From the NCBI GenBank assembly GCA_964035545.1, contig OZ037766.1:30494773-30558772 (forward strand): 64,000 bases of DNA. Reading direction: 5' to 3'. Made by a program: the position numbers and the translations under genes. This stretch comes from Bugula neritina. Taxonomy: Eukaryota > Animalia > Bryozoa. Shown here piece by piece: positions 39,701 to 50,320 of this stretch; the stretch's first letter is position 1, and each line of letters starts with the position of its first letter. Below the pieces are notes generated by a model, which was given only the letters and a program-made list of their open reading frames with translations, did no database searches and had not been told where the DNA came from.

Positions 39701-42456
39701 AACCTTGTGTTTTATATTTAAACATATACATGTTTAAACTTATTTATAAAAAAAAACTAGTCTACATAGATCTATTTCTAAAAATGGGCAAAAACTTTTT
39801 AGCTATGACCACACCTATAATCAGTAAATCAATACTGATTTTGCAATCTATAACTAACAGCACAGTCACATGCATTTTATAGAATCCAGTCAAGTGAGTG
39901 CCAGTTTGAAAGATAGTCTAAAGTACCTGAATGAGAGAAACAGAGATGTAGATATCATTCAACTTCCTGTCAAACCCTGTACTCTGCAATCTGTGACAGA
40001 GAAATTCTATTCTGACAGTGTAAGGCTAATATCTCATCTGTATAACCACTTATTATTACATACATGTACAGGTAAAACCCAGTAGTATGTAGTAACATAT
40101 GTATGACTCAGCTGTGTTTGTTGGTTTAACAAAGAAAAAAAGAAATGTTAAGTTTAAAGGTGAAAACAGCCCATATTTAGTTTTGCTGCAAATAACATCT
40201 CTTCATTTCTAACCTTTTTATAGCTCTTTAGCTTTAAATACTAACTAACTTATTTACTAAAATTCTGTTTAAGATTCTTGATGAACACAAGATCTGCAAG
40301 ATTATTCAAGCAGCAATTATTACTTTGAACATGCTTGTGTTGTAGGTGTACAGAATGTCAGCACCTGTGAGAGGAAGATGTCTGATTATCAACAACAGGT
40401 ACTTTGACAAACCTACTACTCCAGCTCCTGGTCAGGTTCAGCTAGAACACAGAGATGGCTCTGAGATTGATGTGATGAACATCTTGAATGTGTTTCAACA
40501 GCTAAGCTTTGACTGTGACCTAAAATCAAATGTCTCTAGCAAGGTAATTTGTTGAGAGTGAGAATAACCCATTTTTTCTAGGTAAAAACATGAAGGGAAT
40601 ATTTTGCATGATTGCCTTGTTATTGATTGATTAGCATAGCAAATTATAGTAGCATGATACATTTTCTGATCGCTGAATCCAACCTGATAATTTTTGAATG
40701 GTTGAAAAATTGAAATCTTTTTTGAATTTGTAGTCGGTGTATTTATCTTCTAATTAAATTAATAAAAATGTTCTCTTTTTCTCAATCAAGCAAATGCTAG
40801 CAGACATAGAGAAAGAAACACAACATCCTGACTATGAAACACTCGGAGTCAGTGTATTAGTCATCATGACTCATGGGGCAGAAAATCAAGTCTATGGTAA
40901 AGATGGCCGCCCAGTAAAACTGACAGACATTTATGATTTGATTTCTCCATACAGATTCCAGTCAATGGCCGGGAAACCCAAAATTGTTATCTTCCAATCA
41001 TGTGCTGGTGGTAAGTAACTTCCTTTATTGTTTAGATGGCTCTGATATTGATATTGCGTTATCATAAACAATGACATGGAGCTTTTTAGTATAGGATATA
41101 AACTTTAAAAATGCGCAAAAGTGGTTTCTATTACTCTTTGTAGCTACTTTTAAGATCTCTTTTTCTAAGATAATATATCAAGTTTCACGGTATTGTATTG
41201 GTATTGGGAGTTGTCATCATTATGTTCTGAAAGCTCTAGAAATAAGCAACTATTTGCATGGTTATTAGAATTAACTCTTGGCATAGCTTTTTGAAGGCCT
41301 TAAATGTTATCATTGTTGAGCTTTTGGCATAGTGAATTGGGTATTTTCTTTGTCTCTATGGAATGTGGGAGTGCCGGAGACTCCTACATTCCTAACACAT
41401 CTGGTTTTCTGCAAAAATCCGTGGAATCTTCTGGAAAGAATGTTTTTCAAAGTATATAAGCAGGCGAACTCATAGTGTAGAGTCAGTCTACAGCTGGAGC
41501 TCGCTGTATAAAGACCATTCAGATATATACTACTTTCTAAAATAAAGCTACTCTACGCATTTCAAGACCTTCTTTTCTCTCTGATAAAGACAAAGAGTTA
41601 TGTTTTCCACCTAATTGATCTAAGTCCACCAATTACTAAAATACCATGAAAAGCTAACTCGCTTAATATTGTTCTTTATTACTTAGAATACAGTTGAATT
41701 TCTGTTGTAGACAAAGCAGATGATATGGGATTTTATACATTTGATAGTAAAGTTAAAGTAGAGGTCAAAGCAGAACCTCCATTTCCAGGAGACCAACCAG
41801 CTACCAATGACTTGTTTATTTTGAGAGCCAGTTTTCTGGGTCAGTCAAACAATTAAACCTTCTATGTTGTTTCAGAAAAGAATATTACTTGTAAATACAC
41901 GTATGCATTGTAAATCACCTTTTATAAACAATTCTGTAGAAAAAAGTTTATGTAAGACCTAGCTACTTCTAAAAAGTGTTGATTTTAGTCACATATTTAT
42001 TTGTCTTAGCTAGAGAGTAACTGGAAATATGCATATATTTCAGGTTACCGTTCAGCGAGACATTCTAAGCAAGGCACTTGGTTGATAAGAGCCTTGGTGT
42101 ATGCTTTGTATACCTATGCATGTGATAAAGATATACAGAGCATATTTGAAGAGGTAATAGTTTACATACAATAGGAGTGTTTGTTACTCACAAGCTACAC
42201 AGAAATTGTGTATATAAGTTGACACATGCTTCAATGTAGAATTAATATAGTAAACCAATCAACACTTGTTGACAATGACATTGAGTTAGCTGATGTTGAT
42301 ATGTTTTAGGTCAAAGAGATCGTGAAAGAGAAGAGTCTGCTAGCTTCTAGAAGGAACATAGATGTAGGGGGACAACAACCAACATTCGAATGTTTTCCAA
42401 CAAAGAGAAGACAACTTTTCCTGTTTCCTAAATTTGATCCTCCAGCACCTAAATAA
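36723..42456 (+). CDS. Ankyrin-repeat caspase, copy C (~1295 aa). Exons 36723-39669, 39883-40019, 40346-40543, 40791-41010, 41711-41839, 42044-42153, 42310-42456
   Basis: Same exon lengths (137/198/220/129/110/147) and phases as copy A. Strong donor G|GTGAGT. THG and QSCAG intact. Confidence 0.88.
41364..41646 (+). mobile_element. Putative solo LTR in intron 4 of copy C
   Basis: ~280-bp segment absent from the homologous intron of copy D. TG...CA ends, internal TATATAA and AATAAA, imperfect flanks TGGAA/TGAAA. Confidence 0.5.
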
Positions 42457-43747
42457 ATATCCATTGGCATTGTCTGCACATTGCGAAGCATTGCTGATCG
42501 AAAGTTTCAAGAAATTATTCCAAGAATCAAACAAACTTCTAAACCATAGCTAGCACTTATTGTATATTTGCCTACTTGAATAGTTTCTTCCAGTACTAAG
42601 GAAATCTGCAACTGATGTGTAAATAGAAAATACATTTTACCTAACTAACTGATTAACCTAGCTTTGCTATAACTCTTGCAGAGTAGGATAAACACTAGCA
42701 CTTACTGCAGAAAGCTTCTTTTACCATTGAACAAACCTTAGAATTTATTTCACTTTACTTTTGGAGTAATCCCTTCTTCTTATTTTTTACTTTTGCTTGA
42801 CATCTTTATTACACTTAAAACCACTAGCAGTTTTATTTATTTTTATTCAAACAAGGCTAAAAATATTATTTTATTGGTTACACTAAAAGTATTGCATCTG
42901 CCTAGATGCCTGATTAGAGTTATAAATACCCTGAATAGGTTTGCTGTGTCAATATTATATAATTTACTATGTTGAAGAGTGTGTGATGTAATGATTTCAT
43001 AACAATTCTGAACCCCTTTAATTGTTTAACATCTTTATTATATGAATTCAATAATCAATTGGCATTTCTTTTATTTAGCATTTCTTAAGCCTGGAATATG
43101 TTTATATCTGATATATTAATATATAATCACAGTACTAAATTAGTTTACACATATAAAACTTTATTCATTAAATTCACATATGCATATATTGTGTTTTTAT
43201 ATAGATAGTGTATGCTTATATACTTTATATTTTAGTATTGAATTACTATGATAAATATATCTCCTAAATTTCCCCTCTATTATAATGTGTTGCTCTTTTC
43301 CACTTGCTTGAATGTTTTTAGATGCTTTAAATAAATACAAAAATATACATGTATGTTTGTTTTTATATATAAGTTATTATTTAGTGTGAAGCAAAGCAAA
43401 TTCACATATATTCAAATGTTATAACTATACCATCAGATAAAGTATGATAGGCTGATACATTTCTGCTTATTTCATCCTATTAACAAGATGCTGTCACAGT
43501 CTGTACCTGCCAACAACTGTAATATGTACTTAAACAGGCAGTATTATTCATTAAGTATTCAAAGTATATAGTGATATATAAAATACACAACTGGAGGTTT
43601 GCGGCACAGCTGTAAGAATATTATAATTATCTTGGTTTTTTTCTATCTTTGTTTCAGCAATTATTAATACAAATATTTTAAATTCAGGTAATTTATTTAT
43701 AGAGTAGATATGCACAGTTAAATGTAAATGTACGAGCATACAGCTAT

Positions 43748-43806
43748 TATTATTTTAAACATCAACGCAACAACTTTCAGTTGTTGCTTTGATGTTTAAA
43801 ATAATA
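43748..43806. repeat. 28-bp-arm palindrome (one mismatch, TTC loop) at the unit 3/4 junction
   Basis: TATTATTTTAAACATCAACGCAACAACT-TTC-AGTTGTTGCTTTGATGTTTAAAATAATA. Confidence 0.9.
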
Positions 43807-45025
43807 TATACATGAACTCTTGCTTGTTTCTAAATTATTTACCCACACTGAGTTTTACTGCTACATGCATGTGTCTGTCAACTATTATCTGTGCTACTAC
43901 GAATGGAGGTTAAGAACTTTGAGCAGCCACCCAAGCTATAATATATACGAGTTATATACCTCATGACTAGTGAATATAGTTGCTGCATTAACTAATCCAA
44001 ACCCGAAAATGCAATCAACACCCCATTCCGTTCATAGCAGCATCAATATTTCAAAGCTAAACTGGCACCATATCAAAAATGTGGTGTCTTTCCCCACACC
44101 TATACAATGAATTATTATGAAAAGAACCTGTTCACGAATATTTTCCCAAAGCAATTCTAAGCATCTTTTTGAACTATTAAAAGAGTTCGAATAGTATTTC
44201 CCTGGGCTACTTTCAAAAAAAAGTATCTTGATTTGACAAGAATCTTTTTGAAATGGTCCACTCCACAGGAAATACATATCTCTCTGAAAGGCAAATAAAA
44301 TTGGATAGACAAGGTCTACTGGACAAATTAAACACACCTTGCTGAGGTTATAGCTAGTGACAAATGTATTTGGTTGGCTTTCTGTTGGAGAGCCTTTCTT
44401 TAATAAACAGCTGACTCTGAGCTGTTATAGGTAGATAATTATATGCAATTATGGCTATACTTGCAGTGTGAATCAAAGCTCATTTGAAAACCATGATCCA
44501 TTATCAGTCAGAGCATATTGCACAATGTTTTTATTATGATTACTCCAGATGAGAGAACATAGTTAACCTCAAGCGTTATCTGTCAAACCACTTCAATATA
44601 ACTCCGCCTATGCACTTGGAGGAGTTCTAGTTCATTGCGCACTAAACTAGAGTAGGTTGCAGTTGACTTCAAGTGTTATCTGCTGTACATGAACTCTAAA
44701 GCAATATCTGGAAATATACTTTCACTGCAGTTGGAGGAGAAGAAAGTTGACATGCTTTACTGAGCTGAAACTTTTTGGTATGTATGTAATGTGCATGACA
44801 TTGCATCATGCAGTTGTGTAACCGTTTTGTAAATATTATTATAGCTGTTGTGTGGTTTTCCTTTATGTCCTAAATTCCTTCATCTTTGTGGTTTATATAA
44901 TATATGTTGTCTGTCTTAGAAATGTGTTCATAGTGATTAGTTGTGCTTTCCAAATAAAGATATTTCAGTGAACTTTAAGTATAATACTATTACAAGCTAT
45001 TTCGGCATTTATCAGTGGTAGAAAT

Positions 45026-45793
45026 ATGGCAGTCAGGGTGTCAGATCTAGTGAAAAATTATGAGGACAGTTCGGTTAGTGGAGACTTTACTGAGTGGTGT
45101 GAGAAGCTGGAGCTAGTAGCAAAGTTACAGAAAGTAGAAGATCTTGCATCGTTTCTGCCATTATTCTTGGCAGGTCCAGCGTTTGCTGTGTATAAACAGT
45201 TTTCAGAGGATGTTAAATCAGACTTTCCGAAGTTAAAGGCTGAACTGATGACGTCATTCTGTGAGAGCAGTTACAGTGCTTACGATCAACTTAGATCAAG
45301 AAGTCTAAAAGAAGGTGAGGCTGTAGATGTCTATGTAGCTGACTTGAGAAGGCTAGTAACACTGATAGGTCAGAAAACTCCTGAGCCTTTACTGAAATGT
45401 GCATTTATTGCTGGTTTGCCAGTGGATGTTGCTACACAAATAAAATCTGTCGCTGCTGTTGAAAAGTTGAGCTTAGAAGAGTTAGTTGGTAGAGCTAGGA
45501 TAATGTTATCAACAGCAACTGTAGACACTTTGACACCCTGTGCTGCTGGTAGGAATGTTACTAGAAAGTGTTTTAAATGTTTTTCACCACACCATTCAGC
45601 TTGGAGCTGTAACACTGGAAAAAGTCAAAATGGGAACATGAATGCTAATCGGAATGCCAATAATCATCAACAATACAGAAGATGGAGCATTCAGTGCTAT
45701 AATTGTCAGGCTTGGGGGCATATTAGTAAGAATTGCCCACAGGGAAACGGCGCTGGGGCAGTGTCAGCACCGGATGCTCACCCCAACAACTAA
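45026..45793 (+). CDS. Gag with two CCHC zinc knuckles
   Basis: CFKCFSPHHSAWSC and CYNCQAWGHISKNC. Confidence 0.9.
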   Translation: MAVRVSDLVKNYEDSSVSGDFTEWCEKLELVAKLQKVEDLASFLPLFLAGPAFAVYKQFSEDVKSDFPKLKAELMTSFCESSYSAYDQLRSRSLKEGEAVDVYVADLRRLVTLIGQKTPEPLLKCAFIAGLPVDVATQIKSVAAVEKLSLEELVGRARIMLSTATVDTLTPCAAGRNVTRKCFKCFSPHHSAWSCNTGKSQNGNMNANRNANNHQQYRRWSIQCYNCQAWGHISKNCPQGNGAGAVSAPDAHPNN

Positions 45794-48786
45794 ATTACGA
45801 TTCGGTGCTACCACTAATAACTTTAAATGTAAACAGTGTGAGCATAAAAGCACTAGTAGATAGTGGTTGTGAACAATCAGTAGTGTTAGAAAGATTTTGT
45901 AATCAAATAGGTGTTGCACCATGTGGTCCTGAACGGAGGATTTTAATGCTAAATGGACAAATAACTAAATGTAGGGGTGAAGCTCAATTAGCAGTGCAGG
46001 TTAGAAATCGTCGTCTCTCTGTAAAATGTTTAATAGCTCCAATGTTAGTAGGTGGTTGCTCTTTAATTTTGGGAATGGATGCTATTAGCAAATTAGGTGG
46101 TGTGACAATTACTAGGAATAAGCAAGTGATGTTTCCTGCAGTTGAACCAACAACAGAAGTAGGTAAAGTTAGTGCTGTTAGTGTAGGTGTAGGAGTAGAT
46201 AGATTTGATAAGACATTAACTAGTGATAGTAAAGGTGAACTTTTTGTTAGTGACATTGACTTTAATGCTAAATTTGATGGTAAAAAATGGACAGTGAGGT
46301 GGAAATGGGAAAATGGTGAGCCGATATTACAGAATCAATGTGGTCAGTATGCTGTAAAAGACAAATTCAAACAGAGTTACCATGAGCAGATTCAGCAATG
46401 GATTAATGATGGATGGCTACAATTGTATGACAATAAATTGCATGGTACAGTCACTGGAATTGTACCATTGATGGCTGCTGCCCAGCCAAATAAACCAACC
46501 CAGGTCCGACCTGTTATGGATTATAGTAGAGAACTCAACAAATACATCTACAGTAAGCCCAGTGGTGACACTGCCATTTGTCAGGATAAATTGAGGAAAT
46601 GGAGGTTACTTGATGACAATGCCAGTTTGCTAGATCTAAGAAAAGCTTACTTACAACTTCATGTGGATAGTGATTTGCAAAAGTTCCAAGCTGTACGGTA
46701 TGAGGGTAAGATCTATGTAATGACTAGGTTAGGTTTTGGTTTAAATGTGGCGCCTAAAATCATGTCAAAAGTTTTATCTACAGTCCTGGCTCAAGATGAC
46801 ACTATACGCAAAGGTACTGATAGTTATATAGATGACATTATAGTTGATGAGACTGTTGTTTCGGTAGAAGTAGTTCGAAATCATTTGTTGAAGTTTGGTT
46901 TGGTAACTAAAGAACCAGAGAAACTGAGTAATGCTAGAGTTTTAGGGCTAAGGGTTAGAGAGGGGTGGAGAGGTGGCATGTCATGTTATAGCTGGCAGCG
47001 TGATGGTGAGCTCCCATCTCTTGAGTCAAATAGCAACATAAGTAAGCGAGAGCTGTTTTCGGTGTGTGGTAAACTGACTGGACATTTTCCTGTAGCAGGG
47101 TGGCTTAGGGTAGCATGCAGTTTTATGAAAAGGTTAACGCAATCAGATATGTGGGATAGTGCTGTGTCTGACCACGTCCAAAAAATGTTGTTAGAGACAT
47201 TAGATAGAGTTGCAAAATCTGATCCTGTGAAAGGAAAGTGGCATGTGGCTAATACTGATACAGGCACTGTATGGTGTGATGCAAGCAGTTTGGCAATAGG
47301 GGTGTCTGTGCAAATAGATGGCCAGATAGTGGAAGATGCTTCGTGGATGAGAAAACCTGATGATTGCACCCACATTAATGTAGCAGAGTTAGAAGCTGTG
47401 GTAAAAGGCCTAAATCTGGCTTTAAAATGGAATCTATGCAACATTGTAGTGAAAACCGATTCAATGTCAGTATTCAGGTGGGTCACATCTGTAATCAATG
47501 ATAGTGTCAGACCAAAAGTTAATGGCATGAATGAGATGATTGTGAAACGTAGGTTAGGTGTTATAGCAGAACTGATAGAAGAGTACAAGCTGTCATTAAA
47601 AATACATTTAGTGAAATCAGCTGAGAATTGGGCGGATGCTCTGACACGGGTGAGTTCAGCATGGCTTAGTAAGCGAATAACCTGTGCAAGTGCAGGTGTG
47701 ACAACTCCTGATGTAGCTGACCTGAAGGATGAAATAGCCAAGCTGCATGGAATGCATCATTTGGGCATTGAAAGAACATTTTATTTAGCTAAATGTAAAT
47801 TCGGAGGAGGCATAGACAAGGAGTTAGTTGAAAGAGTAGTCAAGGAATGTGCTGTGTGTAGGAGTATTGATCCTTCTCCAGTGCAGTGGGAAAGAGGAGT
47901 TCTGGAGGTCAATGAGAATTGGTATAGGCTGGCAATGGATGTGAGTCATTATAATCGTGTACCATACTTGACTATTATCGACTGTGGCCCAAGTAGATTC
48001 GCTGTGTGGATAAAGTTGCAGAATGAGACTGCTGACTCTGTGGTAAATCAGCTACTAAAGGTGTTTCAGCAACGTGGTCCACCAACAGAGTTACTGTCAG
48101 ACAACGGACCATGTTTCAGAAGTGACAGATTGGAACAGCTACTTAGGCAATGGGATGTACAGCACATATTTAGCTGTGCTTATAGAGCATCTGGGAATGG
48201 TGTCATAGAGCGCAATCACAGGACTATAAAAAGAATGGCAGCTCGAACTAGATCTTCAATAGAAAATATGGTATTTTGGTACAACAACACCCCAAATAGT
48301 AACAATGTAGTACCCTCACAAAGTTTATACAGTTATGATGTAAAGCTGCCTAAAGTATCACCATCAACAATAGGCAAGCCCACAGACATTACAAAAAACC
48401 CCTACAATGTAGGAGACAAAGTTTATGTAAAACCTGTGAATTCTAAATGCACAACTGCATGGCCACAGGGCATGATTACCAGGGTTGTGTCAAACACTGC
48501 GGTGATGGTAGATGGTATGACACGACATATAAGTGATGTCCGACTGGCTAATGCAGGGAACAGGGAAAGTGGTGACGTTTCATCCAGTACAAAACAACAA
48601 TCTCAGGTACATGGAGACATTGAAATTAACCTGAGCCTAGATAATGCTGATGAGGATGCAGATGCAAATAGAGTTGTGGATGGTGAAAATGTTGAGGAAG
48701 GTGAAAGTGTAGACGAAGTGATTGATCGACCAGTAAGAGATAGACGGCCACCTAGGTGGTTAGCAGATTTTTATGTAGATGACTAA
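45733..48786 (+). CDS. Pol (protease-RT-RNase H-integrase), in the -1 frame relative to gag
   Basis: ALVDSGC, LGFGL/YIDD, WCDAS..AEL..TDS, HHLG-C-C, SDNGP, NGVIER. No ATG at the start; overlaps gag across a GGGAAAC slippery site. Confidence 0.92.
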   Translation: MPTGKRRWGSVSTGCSPQQLNYDSVLPLITLNVNSVSIKALVDSGCEQSVVLERFCNQIGVAPCGPERRILMLNGQITKCRGEAQLAVQVRNRRLSVKCLIAPMLVGGCSLILGMDAISKLGGVTITRNKQVMFPAVEPTTEVGKVSAVSVGVGVDRFDKTLTSDSKGELFVSDIDFNAKFDGKKWTVRWKWENGEPILQNQCGQYAVKDKFKQSYHEQIQQWINDGWLQLYDNKLHGTVTGIVPLMAAAQPNKPTQVRPVMDYSRELNKYIYSKPSGDTAICQDKLRKWRLLDDNASLLDLRKAYLQLHVDSDLQKFQAVRYEGKIYVMTRLGFGLNVAPKIMSKVLSTVLAQDDTIRKGTDSYIDDIIVDETVVSVEVVRNHLLKFGLVTKEPEKLSNARVLGLRVREGWRGGMSCYSWQRDGELPSLESNSNISKRELFSVCGKLTGHFPVAGWLRVACSFMKRLTQSDMWDSAVSDHVQKMLLETLDRVAKSDPVKGKWHVANTDTGTVWCDASSLAIGVSVQIDGQIVEDASWMRKPDDCTHINVAELEAVVKGLNLALKWNLCNIVVKTDSMSVFRWVTSVINDSVRPKVNGMNEMIVKRRLGVIAELIEEYKLSLKIHLVKSAENWADALTRVSSAWLSKRITCASAGVTTPDVADLKDEIAKLHGMHHLGIERTFYLAKCKFGGGIDKELVERVVKECAVCRSIDPSPVQWERGVLEVNENWYRLAMDVSHYNRVPYLTIIDCGPSRFAVWIKLQNETADSVVNQLLKVFQQRGPPTELLSDNGPCFRSDRLEQLLRQWDVQHIFSCAYRASGNGVIERNHRTIKRMAARTRSSIENMVFWYNNTPNSNNVVPSQSLYSYDVKLPKVSPSTIGKPTDITKNPYNVGDKVYVKPVNSKCTTAWPQGMITRVVSNTAVMVDGMTRHISDVRLANAGNRESGDVSSSTKQQSQVHGDIEINLSLDNADEDADANRVVDGENVEEGESVDEVIDRPVRDRRPPRWLADFYVDD

Positions 48787-50320
48787 ACGTTTTTTCTTTT
48801 TGTTTTATTATATATCTGTTTGATCTGATAAGATCAGGGGGAAATGTAATGTGCATGACATTGCATCATGCAGTTGTGTAACCGTTTTGTAAATATTATT
48901 ATAGCTGTTGTGTGGTTTTCCTTTATGTCCTAAATTCCTTCATCTTTGTGGTTTATATAATATATGTTGTCTGTCTTAGAAATGTGTTCATAGTGATTAG
49001 TTGTGCTTTCCAAATAAAGATATTTCAGTGAACTTTAAGTATAATACTATTACAATGTAGAAAGACAATACGTAAGAAAGAAAGATTATATGAAAATAGT
49101 TAAGAAATATTTTGACAAAATGGTTAAGAAACCATTTTCTCATAAAATTTTCCTCTGCACTACACAAAGCTGGTAAACCCAGTTACCAGCATGTGCTAAG
49201 GGAGGCTCCACATACTCTCCAGAGACTTTAGCTAACCAGGGTTCTTACTGGATTATGTCTAAAATTATTAGTTTACTGTATTGTAGTTATTGAGTATTTG
49301 CTACAGCCTTGTCTTCTGTGAATTGACCTTAAAAGGCAATCAAACAGATTTGCTTTATATATTCACAAGTGAACTTCTCATACTATAGAAGTACTATATG
49401 CTACTAGGAAACTACTCTCCTGCATAGTGCATCTTACCTAACTGTCACCTCACTTCACAGTAGTTGAGTGGCCTAGTTATACTAACAAATACCTTTAAAT
49501 TACTAAGGGCCCATCACATTGTGATTAGCTCAATAGTCATATGGCAGTACATGAAAGCAGGTTATAATGATGTTACCATCTATAGTTTTCTTGTATATTC
49601 ACATATTGCATTATAACTTTGTTATATACAGGCTCTAAGAGAAAAAGCTATGTAAAGTTTGCAGTTAAAAAGCTGATGTTTTAGGCATATGTTGCTTCTC
49701 TACAGTTCAGCCTTGTAACATGTTAAATGCTCAATAAAACTTATTCTCATAATACTACAAGTTAATATAGATGCAGGAATTAAGAGGGTTTCAAATAGGA
49801 AATGTAGCAAAAAAATTCCATGTGTTTTCAGTAAATGTTATGATATAAGAAAATTAAATAAAATCTTACACCATACATGTTTCCTTACTACATGGCTAAA
49901 TGAGTTGGACCATTATCAATACAAAAACAGACATTGATTTGTGATGAAAAATGTATGCATAATTCAATCAACATATGCATCCAAACTTGGTATTACTGAA
50001 TGAATTTTAACATTGTCAGTTAAAAATGTAAAATGTGTACTATAAGCTGCTATAGCTGCTAGCTACTGTCACCAAGCTTGAAATTTCATGCAGCTTATTA
50101 TTTGTGTTTGGTTTGGCTTTTGCTTTTAAAACTCTAGTATTAATTTGTTTTCTATGTAAACAACTTCTCACTAAGTACATCAGAAACTGTCTTCTTTTTG
50201 ATATAGTAACTTTAGCTAAAAATTCAATTTAATGAATGTTTTGCGTATCAATGAAAGTGAGGGTGTGCTACTTGTTATATTATAATAATTGTATTTCAGA
50301 ATTGAGAAACTATTTACAAG

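Larger units (their letters stand above)
44785..49054 (+). mobile_element. Complete Ty3/Gypsy LTR retrotransposon (gag plus frameshifted pol), recent insertion
   Basis: Identical 210-bp TG...CA LTRs at 44785-44994 and 48845-49054. 5-bp TSD ATGTA. PPT AGGGGGAAA before the 3' LTR. Empty site GGTATGTAGAAAG at ~7391. Confidence 0.96.
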
